Positions 12,945 through 25,600 of a DNA stretch of 64,000 nt are shown piece after piece. The position numbers were made by a program, and so were the translations under genes. Within the stretch, counting starts at the first letter, position 1, and each line of letters begins with the position of its first letter. Under the pieces are notes generated by a model. That model did not search any database and was not told the origin of the DNA. It saw only the letters and a list, made by a program, of their open reading frames with translations. This stretch comes from Eledone cirrhosa (Eukaryota): positions 258,540,001 to 258,604,000 of the forward strand of contig OZ024742.1 of assembly GCA_964016885.1 (NCBI GenBank), read 5' to 3'.

Positions 12945-15900
12945 CTACAGGCTTATAAACAGAGAAGGCCCAATCACTCGGGCCATTTTCGCTTCATTCA
13001 CCCACCTTTCAGTAAATTCACTGGGGTGCAGTGCCTCTCTCTCCACCCTGATTCTCCTTCTAAAGTGATACTTAAAGAATGGAATCTATTGTTGTCCGGA
13101 GAGAAAGGCATCTGTCCTCAGTCCTCTCAACCTCGTCCACCATATAACTTCTTTCACCATAGCCACCGTACAGAGGAAAACCGCCTCTCTTTCGTTTTTG
13201 AAAGAGTCTGGCGGTTTGATCCTTACTATGGACTCGGCAGTCAACTGTATTTGTCCCATACGCGACAGCAGTTGTTCTGCATAGTTCCACAGGTCGCTTA
13301 CGCCCGGGCAGTGTACAATTGCGTGCAGAACTGTTTCAATGTTCTGCGCACATCTTGGACACGTCCTCTTGGAAGGATCCCTGCCAGGGCGTCCGTGCCT
13401 GTAGATCTTGTCACGAACCGGTAGAGCTCCTCGGTAGCACTGCCAGGCCAGGGACCTCTGGAAGTTGTCCATAGGTCCCGGGCGGAAAGTCCTACCAAAC
13501 ATACTGGTGAGCTCATCGTCTTCGACGCCCAGAGTCTCTCCGAGCACGTCGTCGCCCTTGTAACGTACAATCCCTCTATAGAATGTCGAAGTGGAGTCTC
13601 CACTGATTGCTGCGCCCGCTTGCCAGAGGACTGTGAGCGCCTGAGCGCATTCAATGTGCCAGACGCCCATCGTTTTCGGTCTTTTCTTCACCCAGGACTG
13701 CAGCTCCGTTAGCGAGACGAGCTGTGGGAAAGCCTGTCTCACAAACGGTGCCCACACCGGTTGGTGGTCGGTGAGGAATACCTGGAGATGCCGCAGCCTC
13801 AGCGCATGTTTGCGCATCATCAGCCACGGCATTCCCAGCCCTCCGTTGGAAGGGTGCTGACAGCAGACGGATCTCCTCACCAGCGGAGCCTGCTTCTTCC
13901 ACAGAAACTGGAAGAGCATGCGTTCCATCTTGGCGAGGTGTTCACGGGGACAAGGCACGACAGTCAAGCGGTAGTAGATGACGGACGCTATGAAAGTGTT
14001 CGCCACCTCCGCTCGACCTTTCAAGGACAGTTTGCACTCTGCCCACTTCTGAGTGAGTGCAAACACCTTGGCCGTGACCTCGTTCCCGTTTTTCTCCACC
14101 TGGAGGTCTGGACCGAACCAGGCCCCGAGCAATTTCACCGGTCCGTCCGTCCAGCGTCCAACGACGCTGTCGGATGTCATCGGTTTGCCTCTCCACGTAC
14201 CGAGTTGCAAACCGACAGACTTGTCTGGGTTTAGTTTTGCTCCCGTCAGCGTTTCGTATTCTTTCAGTATGTTGCCGATCACCCCGATTTCTGAGGTGCT
14301 CGACACCATTACTGTCACGTCGTCGGCATAAGCCGACGCCGCTTTGCGCAGTCCCGGTTCTAGGGGGATGCCCTGCAACAGCTCCAATTTCCGCAGTAGT
14401 GGCTCTAGAGTCAATACATACAGAATGGAGGAGAGAGGGCATCCCTGTCGAATGGAACGCGTGATTGCGAACGGCTCCGATAGGTAGCCGTTCACCTTGA
14501 CCCTCGAGCAGATGTTGGTGTGCATCGCCTCGATCCATCCTCTGAACACGGGACCGAAACCGGCCGCCTTGAGAACCGCTTCCAAGTATCGATGGTCGAC
14601 CCTATCGAACGCCTTAGACTGATCCAAGTTGATCAGAGCCCCACCGAAGCCGGGTTTACTACCCACCCTCTCTATGATGTATCGCATGAGGTGGAGGTTG
14701 TCGTGTATGGACCTGGTCGGGATTGCACACGTTTGCGCTTTCCCTACCAGGTTCTCGACGACAAGCGCCAACCTCGTCGCTAGCACCTTGGCCAAAATCT
14801 TTAACTCTGTGTTGAGCAGAGTTATGGGCCTGAAGTTGTTAATTTCGTCCCCCTTGTTCTCGTCTTTCCTGATCAGCGTTACTACGCCCTTGCCTGCAGA
14901 ACTGGGAATTCTCCCGTTCTGCTGCCAATTGCAGTAGACGGCTTCGAGGACGCCAGAGAACAAGTCCGGCATGCCTATGTAAAATTCGTAGGGTAGATCA
15001 TCTAGACCGGGTGACTTGCGTTTCCCGCAGCGGCCCAGAGCGTCCCGTATCTCAGTGTCCGTGATCGGTCTTTCGCAGAACTCGGCGTCCGTGTTCGAGA
15101 GACGCGGCAGGCCGTCGAGGTATGAACTAAAGTCCATTGCCCCGTTCGGCTCACCGTCGTTCTGCTCAAACAGTCGCGCAAAGTGCCGCTGAAAGGCCGC
15201 GCACATTTGCTTGGGGTCAAGTAGCACGCGTCCGTTTTGGTCTTTCAAAGACCGAATCGTGGACTTGTTGCCACTTTTTGCCTCCGCCACTCGGGCCCAG
15301 CTGACAGCTTTCGCTCCTTCGTTTCCTAGAGCACGTGTTTTGCTTCTGACCACGCAGCCTTCGTGTTTCGCATCGAAGAACTGGTCCAGTGCCGTTCTCG
15401 ACGCTAACACTCTAGCCGCGTTGCCACTTCTAAGTGCCTCCTCTACCTTGGCTACTAGTTCTCTTTCTATTCTGTTTTTCTCTAAGGCTAACTCTCTGCT
15501 ATACCCTATCGATTCTATTCTAATTGCTTTCTTGAGAGAGTACCACCATCTATTGTTGACGATGGCTCCCGTTAACTGTTGCTTGACTAGTTTACTTATC
15601 CGTTCACTGTAAGCTTTACGTGCCGGCAACGACACGTTCAGCTTCCAGTATCCGGGACCCTGTCTATGTATTCTATCACGGTTGACTAAGCAGACGACTA
15701 ACTTGTGATCTGAATAGGCAACCATGTGCATTCGTGGACAGCTTAACATATCCTTGTCCCTTTCTCTAATGAAGAACCTATCTAAATACGATCTAGATGT
15801 CCCACTGCGGTTTACCCACGTCCACTGTGGTGCAGTCGGGAAATCCTGTCGATACCTATCGGCCAGTTGGAATTGGCCGATTAAAGTTTTGAGGCTGTTT

Positions 15901-16372
15901 CACCCCGCTCTACTGGGACATGCTCCCACATAGTCCCATCGTGCATCTAGGATACCATTCCAGTCCCCCACTAAAAGTAAGGAGCGAGACGTTCCCAGAA
16001 AAGACTCTAGACGCTTAAAGAAGTCTGGCCGTGATTGCGATTGCCCGGTCGGGGCATAAACGGCCACCAGTCTGAAGGCTCCACCTCCGATACTAGTCTA
16101 CCCTCCGGGTCCAAGTGTACTTGCTGTACTCCGACGTCCAGGTTCTTCCGAAACATAACAGCCACTCCACCTACACCTCCTGGCTGACAGAGAGATGCGT
16201 AGATCTCAAAGTCGTCGAAGATGGGGGTTAGTTGCTGCCTGTTGTGGATTCTGGACTCGGTGATGGCTATCACATCCATACTGTGTGACCTAAGGTCGTT
16301 TAAAAGTTGGCCCTGTTTCCAGGGCATCCCTAGGCCACGCACATTCACGGTTCCAACTCGTAAACCAGCCAT
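12945..16372 (-). pseudogene. Tx1-like ORF2 (APE-RT), disrupted
   Basis: 887-aa open stretch 13086-15749 with all RT motifs (YADD); N-terminal VNVRGL at 16372; frameshift near 16085; stops at 15900-15902 and 13086. Confidence 0.93.
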
Positions 16373-17157
16373 GTTGGTGAAGAAAAGTTGGAGAAAAAGG
16401 ACGAAAGGTGCACTTACCTTTTCGTTTCCTGGAGATCGGGTTGTTCAATCTCCATTTGGGTGCTGGATGGGGTGTTGGGTGGGGTGGGGAAACCTTTCAA
16501 CAGGACGCGGTTGATGGGTTTGTGGCAGGGGTTGCCCACGTCCTGTGAAAATTTAATTTTCAGGTCTTTATAGGTTTCCATAGAAACCCTTATAAGTTTA
16601 AGGTGTGGAGACGATTTTGCCTTGACGAAAGTTTTGCCCTCCGTCTCCACCTTGGGGTTTTGGGAGATGACCTCCATCAAACTCTTGTTGTTTGTGTTGA
16701 TGTATGCGTATTGTTGTTTGTGTTTTTGTTGTATTGTTTTAGTTTGTTGTTCATCTGGGAGTTTTCTTTTTATGGTGGGTGCTTGTGTTTGGGGTGGTGT
16801 TGGTGCTGGTTTTGCTGATAGGGGGGTGTTTGACTGTGGTGTTGTTTGTGTTGTTGTTTGTGTCTGTGGTTGTGTGTTGGTGTTGGTGATTGGAGTTTTG
16901 GGGGTTTTGTGGTGTCTCTTTTTTTGTTTTTTGGATTTCCGCGGTTCTCCCTCTTCTTTACTTAAAGAAGGAGAAGCAGCTTCATCCGTCGATGAATAAT
17001 CATCGTCAGGTGTGTGGGGTAAGGGTATGTTGTGTGGTGGTGGTGGTGTTTCGGTATGTGTGTTTGTGGTAGTGTTTGATGGAGTGGGATGGAGTGGGGA
17101 TGTGTTCTTCAGGGGTGTTGTCTCTGTTTTTTCTGTTGTTGTTGGTTGAGTGTCTGT

Positions 17158-18291
17158 TTATTTTGGTGTGGTTGCTCGTTTCGTCTGTCGTTGTACTTGT
17201 GGTGGTGGGGGTGGTTGTTTTGGTGTTGGTGTTGGTAATAGCGTTTTTTTTATGATGTTGCTGTTGTGTGTTTGTGGACAAGAGGCTTTTAGGTGAGATG
17301 TGCTACCACAGCGAAAGCAGTGAAATTTTCTTCCTTCTACCGAAATGTTTATTTTGTTGTTATTATCAATAACGACTCTTTCGGGTATTTTGGAGATTCT
17401 CTCCGGTTTCATTTGCAACAGAATCTCCAAATCGGTGCCCGCCCACCTTTGTCGGATGGATTTTCGTATCGAAAGTATTATGTCTGTTTCTGGCTCTACG
17501 AAGCCAGCCAAGATCCACCAGATGTTAATGCTTGGAGGTATGTTTTTTATTTTTATTTTTTGTGTCCTTTTCCCCATGTATGTAGGGAAAAAGGTGTATG
17601 CTTTTGACACTATTGGTGTCACAGAGTTTTTTTGGGCCAGTGTCTCGCTTTTAAACAGTACGGAAACACTTCCGTACTGTTTTCCTCGCTGGAGAAAATC
17701 GACATTTGCTAGAATCTCCTTGAAAGAATCTTCTATATCTGACTGATTAACAAATGTCGGTTTTCTTGACGAATTTGACACAGTCCTAAAAGTGACTGAT
17801 CGGCGGTTTGTGTCTTCCTTTATTTCAAGGGGTGAGTTAATTCTAAACCCACCTCTTTCTTCGAAAGTTACAAATTTTCTCCCTTGCTGGAGCATATCTC
17901 TTGCGTTGGAGATATCAAGATTTATAAAATCTTGTTTCTTGTTGACTGTGTCAGCAAAAGACATTTTCTTTTTTTGTGTGATGTTGTTGTTAATAATGAT
18001 GTTATCGTTGTTGGAAATTTTATGTGTAGATGTATCTGTAGAGTTGTTGATGTCTTTTTCATGTGTATGTATGTCAATGGGTTTTTTTGCCGTGTTTTCC
18101 CGTGTGTTATTGTCATTTTTCTCCGCTTCGGCGGTAGAAATTGTAACATTTTCAAATGTTGATATATTTTTTTCTTTTGTGACAGTATCTATGGCAACGT
18201 CCATAGCAGCAGAAGCAGATATAACGTTAATATCTGCCTCTTTCTCTCTCTTTTCACTATTAACGTTCTCCAGCGTTCTAGTGTTGCTCAA
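17158..18291 (-). CDS. LINE ORF1 (gag-like RNA-binding protein with CCHC zinc knuckle); probably continues by frameshift to 16414
   Basis: CFRCGSTSHLKASC knuckle, SFAD motif, Thr/Pro-rich tail; C-terminus MEIEQPDLQETKR* matches copy B. Confidence 0.85.
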   Translation of the reverse strand: MSNTRTLENVNSEKREKEADINVISASAAMDVAIDTVTKEKNISTFENVTISTAEAEKNDNNTRENTAKKPIDIHTHEKDINNSTDTSTHKISNNDNIIINNNITQKKKMSFADTVNKKQDFINLDISNARDMLQQGRKFVTFEERGGFRINSPLEIKEDTNRRSVTFRTVSNSSRKPTFVNQSDIEDSFKEILANVDFLQRGKQYGSVSVLFKSETLAQKNSVTPIVSKAYTFFPTYMGKRTQKIKIKNIPPSINIWWILAGFVEPETDIILSIRKSIRQRWAGTDLEILLQMKPERISKIPERVVIDNNNKINISVEGRKFHCFRCGSTSHLKASCPQTHNSNIIKKTLLPTPTPKQPPPPPQVQRQTKRATTPK

Positions 18292-18500
18292 GTTTTTTTA
18301 CTTTGTAAAATTTGATATGTTAAGACAAACTTTTAAATAAAATTTTCGCCCCTACAGGGGCGAAAAATGGGATTACCACCCAGCTGACAATTCAGCTTAG
18401 GGGTTAATCTACAAAGTGTTGTATTTTTTTCAAACAATTAGATCGGTTTTTTGCATAGAAATTAACAAAAAACTTACCGGCGATATTCCACACGTTAGAC

Positions 18501-18537
<37 letters not shown>

Positions 18538-18686
18538 TGTGTTTGTCTGTGCAGGTATGTATGTATCGTATTTTATCTCGAAATGACTTCAACGGGAATA
18601 GACCTTTTTCATTCATATGAAATCATCAGGCCATTCTTGATGAATGAAAAAGTTCTAGTCTTATAGAAGTCATTCCCATATACTAA

Positions 18687-19383
18687 TAATTGTTTCTACT
18701 TATGGCACATGGCCAGCAAATATCACAGTGTATTATTGGTGCTTTATTGTATCGACCCTATAAGAATGAAAGGCAAAGTTAACATCGGCGGCCTTTGAAC
18801 ACAGATAATAAAGGGCTGTAACTCTGTGCTGCAGAGCAAGGTGGCCGACTCTCTACCGATACTGCCAATCCACCGCCCTTATATATAATAATTGTTTCTA
18901 CTTGTGGCACAAGCACAGCAATTATTCCAGTGTATTACTGGTATTTTATTTTATTGACCCCGTAAGTATGAAAGGCAAAGTATACCTCGGATAATAATTG
19001 TTTCTACTATTGGCACAAGGCCAGCAATTACCCAGTACATTACTGGTACTTTATTTTATTGACCCCGTAAGGATGAAAGGCAAAGTTACCCTCGATGGGA
19101 TTTGAACTCAGAATGGCAAGGGCCGTAACTCTATGCGGCAAGGAATAGCGTCCGACCCTCTACCGATACTGCCAATTCACCGCCCTAGTTAACCTCGGAT
19201 AATAATTGTTTCTACTTTAGGCACAAGGCCAGCAATTACCCAGTACATTACTGGTACTTTATTTTATCGACCCCGTAAGGATGAAAGGCAAAGTTAACCT
19301 CGGCGGGATTTGAACTCAGACTGTAAAGGGACGTAACTATGCTAGAAAGCATGGCGTCCAACCCTCTACCGATACTGCCAATT
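18687..19383 (-). mobile_element. Tandem/nested cluster of four tRNA-derived SINE copies
   Basis: Repeated taattgtttctact..ggcacaaggccagcaattacccagt..gaaaggcaaagttaacctcggcgggatttgaactcaga units starting near 18687, 18888, 18992 and 19201; B-box GAGTTCAAATCC on the minus strand. Confidence 0.88.
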
Positions 19384-20238
19384 TAATGATGTCTAACATA
19401 TAGCAAAGTATTGAGTACTTTTTTAACTATAAACATTTTCCTATTCTCTTTGAGATTCCACCCTTAACTCTCTCTCTCTCTCTCCCTCGCTCTCTCTCTC
19501 TCTCTCTATCTTTCTCTCGGTCTCCCTCCCTCTTACTCTCGCTCTATCCCTCCCTGCCTCTCTCTGCTTCTCTCTCTTCTTCTCTCTTTCTCTCTCTATA
19601 TATATACATATATATCTGTGTGGGTGTATGTGTATGGGTGTATGTGTGTGCATGTGTGTGTATGTGGAACTGTGCGTGTGTATGTGTCTGTGTGGATGTG
19701 TGCGTGTGAATGTGTGTGTGTGTATGTGTATGTATGTGTGTGCGTGCGTGTGCATAGTGTAGTGCTTAGAATTTCCGGAGGCCACATAGAGAAAACGAGT
19801 GTTGTATGTTAGATACAGAGCTTTATTTTTCATAAATAAATACTCAACACAGATGCATGCTACCTAAGATTTCAAGGCCTATAGTAGCATATGATTTAGG
19901 GACCGTACATTGGCCTCAAAGATAAGCAACACAAGCAGCTTTAAAACCTACGCGAGATTAGGTTTTGACACCTTACTTAAAATGCAAATCTTTTGAGAAT
20001 TTATTTTTGATGTATGTGTATATATATATATTTTGTTTTTCAATGTTTTTGACATGAAATCGTGTGTTGAATCAAATATTCTTATATTTGGGAAGGGTTA
20101 TAGTGTTATAATATTGCCAGAAATAATAATAAAACACATTCACTGTTTGGTTTTGATTGGTTTTGGCTTCTGTATCTTTTAAATCTCCAGAGTCGATTTA
20201 TCTGGCAATGAGTGTTTATCATTGATTGATCCAACGGT

Positions 20239-20300
<62 letters not shown>

Positions 20301-20438
20301 ATGGTTAAACAATGTTCAATGAATAAATCAAAGAATGAGTTTTACAATAGATTGGAAGCACTCAACAAGTTTGGTTTTCCAGAGTTATTAATATTAATTC
20401 AAAATATTAACAAAAATAGACATTCGTGTGATCAAGTA

Positions 20439-20505
20439 TATTTTATTATACATATTTCAGAGGTACTGAGCTATCTTCAACAGTACGTCCTCATCAGATA
20501 AAATA
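20439..20505 (-). ncRNA. Minimal type I hammerhead ribozyme
   Basis: Reverse complement TATTTTAT-CTGATGA-GGACGTACTG..CAGTACCTCT-GAAA-TATGTA-TA-ATAAAATA. Confidence 0.85.
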
Positions 20506-21199
20506 AGTTGATGTATGACATACCCTCACTTAGTAGATGGTTAAGATTCAGTCATGGTAGTGAATAAGATATGACAAAACTCAATATTTATATACCTTAA
20601 GATTGAGACATGAAAAAAGTTTACATATAAAGCAGAGGGTGCGTGTGAGAAAGTTTAAAAATACATAATAGTAATTTACATAACTGTTAGAGATTCGAAT
20701 AATTTAGATTATTGATGAAAGAAGAAAGAAAGAAGAAAGAAAGAGAGAAACAGATGAGGAAAAAAGTATAGTTACTAGAAGTATAGAAAGCAAAAGAGAA
20801 TTGATCAAGGATAGAGAGACAAGGAAGAAAAATGTTTATAGTATAAAGCATAATGAGGGAGATTTGTATTGTCGTGGATGAATAGGGTGTGATTAGATGA
20901 TGCAAAAATATATATATCTATATAAATACATGAATATACATTTAGGCATAGCTTTGTGAAAGAGCAAATTCGAATCTTTGAATTATCTAGAAGTATCACT
21001 CAATCTAAATGTTAAATATATCTGGGTGTAATTATATAAGGGTTTAATTTCGACTCCTTAGTTAATTAGAAATATACTAACAATTAATCATATACACTAT
21101 ATATATCCAAACGTATCCGGCTGATCGTTAAATTTCGAATCATTTATGTTAGTTCAGAATAATGAATTAATCTATGGGTATAATATTTCATGCTATAAA

Positions 21200-22400
21200 A
21201 GTTTATAAATATATATATTAATATTAAAGTATACAATCATATTTAATTTATAAAATCATATTTAAAGTATTTGCAAACATGAGAAAGAAGAGACTTAATA
21301 TTTTCATCCTCACGAAGGTAATCCATATCAAATTATATTATTTTATATTATATTTTTTTTTAAAAAATGTTTATATTAAAATAATAATTCTCATTATATA
21401 ATTTACAAAATAATTACAGTTGTAACTTTAAAAATGTTAAATTAACAATTAGAATGCCCTAAAGTATCTAAAGGCTTTAGAATTAGACATAAAAAGGTAT
21501 TATTAAATTAGATATACGCATTTGTCTAAATATATACAAAGAGTATATTGTCTAAAGTTCAAGACGATATTAGTCAGTTATACACAATATAATATGATAT
21601 AATATAATAAATAAGTTACTGTTAATATTGTTAAAATTAAGGTTTTAGGTCAATTAATATATTAGAATCATATAATACATATATACTATAAATATACAAA
21701 TCAAACTTCATGAATCATAAAGATAAGAACCAGATTCAAAAATAAAAAGTAAATTGTTTGCGATCATAAAAGTGCCAAATATCTAAGTTATATGATTTAA
21801 AAATACAAGAACATTTTAAAGGATCTATATTGTAGTATAATATCATATTTAAAGTGTCTGCAAACGTGAGAAAGAGAAAACGTAAGGTTTCCATCGACCC
21901 GAAGGTAACCCGAATTTAATTTAATTAAAAAATAATAATCGTTATATATTTCGTTTCTGAATGACCCTCCCAAAGTATAACAAGATCGTTATATAATTTA
22001 GAAGATATTTAACAATTATAACACTAGAATGTCCTTAAGTATCTAAAGTACTTATAAATGTAGCTAGAAGCATATTATTAAACGAGATATGTACATTTGT
22101 CCAAATATATACAGAGTATTCTGTTCAGAACTCAAGACGATATTAGTGATCCAAATAAATATAATAAATAATATATATAATCATTGTTAGTAAAGATTAT
22201 AATTGAAGTTTTACATCAAGTTAAGTGGAAAAAGTTTGTCGACTATGATCGTGTGCGACGCATATACCATAAATATAAATATATAAATCAATCATCTTGA
22301 AACTTAAAACTAAGATACTTCAAAAGAATAAATACATAAATACATAAATGCATGAGTGGTTTACGGTTCAATATAACTGTTAACCATATAAGCTATATAC
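21200..22400. repeat. Diverged ~590-bp tandem duplication in PLE 3' region
   Basis: tcatatttaaagt..tgcaaac.tgagaaag at 21257 and 21843; colinear downstream blocks. Confidence 0.7.
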
Positions 22401-23367
22401 TTAAAAAAAATACACGAATCCAAATCAAATTAAATGTATCTACCAATCAAACGATATGCATATTCATCAAGAGATCATGTTAACAATCTATATGTTTATA
22501 TATTTATATAGAACCCTTAATCTAACTTTAATCATATCATAAATGTATAAACAATTAGTATAAGGTTTTATAATCTGTTATAACATTTTACACACTCAGT
22601 TGATAAGTGACATAAAAAATTAGAACCTATTTATTTAGTGTCTATCCTGACTTTTTGCGAGGCTTGGAATGTAGAGGAAGCTTTATGAAGGCAATTTGAG
22701 AATAATTCACTTTTTTCGTAAATTAAATGTTCATAATTAGTAATTATTAATAGGGTCTCCATAGTAGAGAGATTGCAGTTAGGTGATATTGAAGAATCAA
22801 GTAGATTCGACTATTACACAGCTTCGACCCAGAAATCGTGTATTTTAAACTTTTGTCTTTTAACGACCATATAAGTTGCGATAAAGATATCGAAGATTTC
22901 CTATTAGGATTCGAAATAGAGCATTTGTGATTCGAAAATCTGATTTAAATGTCGATGAAGTTGCACCAATATAGTTGTATGTGATGTTATTTGCTTTTAC
23001 GGTGCATTTATAGACCAGATTGCTATCCAGACTATTATTTTGGAGAGGGCAATTTGATCTATTTCTGCAAATACATTTCGATTTATTGTTATTACTATAA
23101 ATCGGACAATTGACATTAACATTGTTAGTACTTTGAAGTGTACTATTGATTGTGCTTAGATTAATGTTATTGTTATTCCTAGTATTAATATTGCTAGTGT
23201 TATTATATTCATTATCATTAATTGTTTGTTGATTATATTGTATTATATATAAAAAATGTTCATGTCTCAATCTTAAGGTATATAAATATTGAGTTTTGTC
23301 ATATCTTATTCACTATCATGACTAAAACTTAACCATCTACTAAGTGTGGGTATGTCATGCATCATCG

Positions 23368-23434
23368 TATTTTATCTGATGAGGACGTACTTTTGAAGAT
23401 AGCTCAGTACCTCTGAAATATGTAAAATAAAATA
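23368..23434 (+). ncRNA. Hammerhead copy in inverted pLTR, cleavage triplet mutated (UA to AA)
   Basis: TATTTTAT-CTGATGA-..-GAAA-TATGTA-AA-ATAAAATA. Confidence 0.7.
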
Positions 23435-23473
23435 TACTTGATCACACGAATGTCTATTTTTGTTAATATTTTG

Positions 23474-23541
<68 letters not shown>

Positions 23542-23644
23542 ATAATAATAATAAAATTGAAGACTAAAATCCAAAGAGGGCTCGATAAGGATATGTCAAA
23601 TATATAAGAACCGTAGAGCAAATATTTATTAAATAACAGATTAA

Positions 23645-23695
23645 AGTTTAAGCAAAGAATCGCTGCTTTCACCCTTAACGGGATCTTCTGAAACT
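23645..23695 (-). ncRNA. Hammerhead-like motif (CAGAAGA core)
   Basis: Reverse complement AGTTT-CAGAAGA-T CCC gttaa GGG T-GAAA-GCA..TGC-TT-AAACT; further copies at 26537-26587(+) and 34264-34315(-). Confidence 0.6.
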
Positions 23696-23913
23696 AACAA
23701 AGTCAATCTGTAAACGCAGAACTGGATATTTCAAAAAACGTTGCAACCGGAGGAAGACAGGAAGACGATACTTTGGTTCGTGGAAACGTTCGCTGGCAAA
23801 GAACGGGAAAAAACGAATAATACGTGATTAATAGGAGCGGTGAAAAACAATTACGCGCAAAGACAGAACCACGTTTATGGTATAAAAGAGGTCGTAGACT
23901 AATGTTCTCTTAG

Positions 23914-25600
23914 GTGGTGGAAATCAACGACGCTGGGTTTAAAATCACATCTGATCTCAACATCCTGGACCGGACCGAACCGCTGGACCCTATTTCTCCA
24001 CACTTTACCCTGAAGGATCACAAATCCAATTTTCCGAACAACCCCTCTATTCGGCTTATTAACCCTACGAAGTCCGATTTAGGTAGACTTAGTAAAACGA
24101 TTCTTGATAGAATTATACCTGAAATTAGAAGTTTGGGCCCTCTCGCACTGTGGAACAATTCTTTCGCGGTGATTGATTGGTTCAACGGCATACGTAACAA
24201 GGAACATTGCCGTTTTATCCAATTCGACATTAACAATTACTACTCCTCCATCACTTTACCACTTCTCCTTAGGGCTATCAATTTCGCTAAACCACTCACA
24301 GTGGTTAAGGATTTCGAAGTTGATGTCATCCTTAATGCCCGAAAGTCGGTGATTAATTTCGACGAATCTATTTGGATTAACAAATCCAATAGTACTCCAT
24401 TCGACGTGAGTATGAGCGCCAGTGACTCTGCGGATGTTACTGATCTTATTGGCCTTTTCCTTCTTTTCTCTATCAAGGACGAATTCCCCAACGCGGGCGG
24501 TGGTTTGTACCGTGACGATGGTCTTTTGACCATGACTAAGTGCGGACCTCGTGCTTGCGAGAGGTTCAGAAAAGAACTCACAGCCTTCTTTAAAGGCTTC
24601 AACCTCTCTATACAGGTTGAGGCCAATCTCTCGGTCGTTAATTACCTCGACGTTACCCTCAATTTATTGAATGGGTTGTATTACCCGTATAGAAAGCCGA
24701 ATGATACGCTTAATTACATAAGTAAGCATTCCAACCATCCTGCCAGCATAACCAAGAACCTGGTAAGAAACGTTTCGTTGAGGCTTTCCCGTCTTTCCAC
24801 CAACGAGCGCATTTTCAACGACCATTCCACTTATTACAATGAAGCTCTTGCTCGAAGTGGACTTGTCGATAAGGTAGCATATACAGAGTACGAATATAGA
24901 CCTAGAAGAAATAGATCCCGTCGCATTTGTTGGTTTAACCCACCATATAATATGGAGGTGGCCACACCATTAGCTAAGATCTTCCTTTCCCTTATTACGA
25001 AGCATTTTCCCCCTACACATAAATATAGTAAAATTTTTAATAGAAATACTATTAAAATGTCTTACTCCACGACTCCTAACCTTGCACATAACATCACAGC
25101 TTCAAATTTAGCTAAACCACCTAGCCGTAGGAACACGTGCAACCCTGTAGTTAGTACTAACTGTAATTGTAGGAATCGGGCTGATTGCCCCCTATCCGAG
25201 AAATGCCTCTCTAGTAACATTGTCTACAAATGTAAGGTTGTAACACCCACGTCCCGTAGGGCCTACATAGGGTTAGCCGCCAATAGTTTCAAGCAGCGTC
25301 TTTACATGCATACCCATTCTTTTCGTTACCCTCTAAGAAGGAATATGATGTCACTTTTAGCTTATATCTGGAGTCTAAAAGACAACCACACCCAATATAA
25401 GTTACACTTGGAGATCCTAGCTAGGGCTAGATCGTATAACGGAAATAAAAGACCATGTGACATCTGCGCGGCTGAGGCCCTGGAAATACTCTACGCCACA
25501 GACCACATATTAAACAAAAAAATCTGAGGCAATTTCGACTTGTAAACATAAATTGCACAAAACTTTCCTGTATTACAGCCCAACGTTATACCCTAACGGA
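23914..25600 (+). pseudogene. PLE RT + GIY-YIG endonuclease, 5'-truncated, +1 frameshift in A-run near 25520
   Basis: RLINPTKSDLG, QFDINNYY, GGGLYRDDG, YLDVTL, WFNPPY, CNC..CPL..C, VYKC..YIG..FKQR; C-terminus LNKKSEAISTCKHK is restored by removing one A. Confidence 0.92.

Larger units (their letters stand above)
12712..18500 (-). mobile_element. Tx1/L1-clade non-LTR retrotransposon copy A (near full length)
   Basis: 5' UTR, ORF1, ORF2, 3' UTR ending AATAAAGAAAG; flanked by (GATA)n at 12678-12711 and 18505-18537. Confidence 0.95.
20390..23477 (-). mobile_element. 5'-truncated PLE with inverted pseudo-LTR
   Basis: GIY-YIG remnant (CICRNRSNCPLQ..VYKCTV..YIGAT) at 22660-23260; pLTR 20390-20615 repeated inverted at 23262-23477. 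Confidence 0.85.

Noticed and set aside
15900-15902. In-frame TGA aligned with Cys of the sister LINE (possible selenocysteine)
   Set aside because: A single transversion in a copy with other lesions explains it; non-catalytic position and no SECIS recognised
25520-25530. TGA ending the PLE ORF as possible selenocysteine readthrough (reported for some Naiad PLEs)
   Set aside because: It results from an extra A in an A-run; the shifted frame gives the expected LNKKSEAISTCKHK
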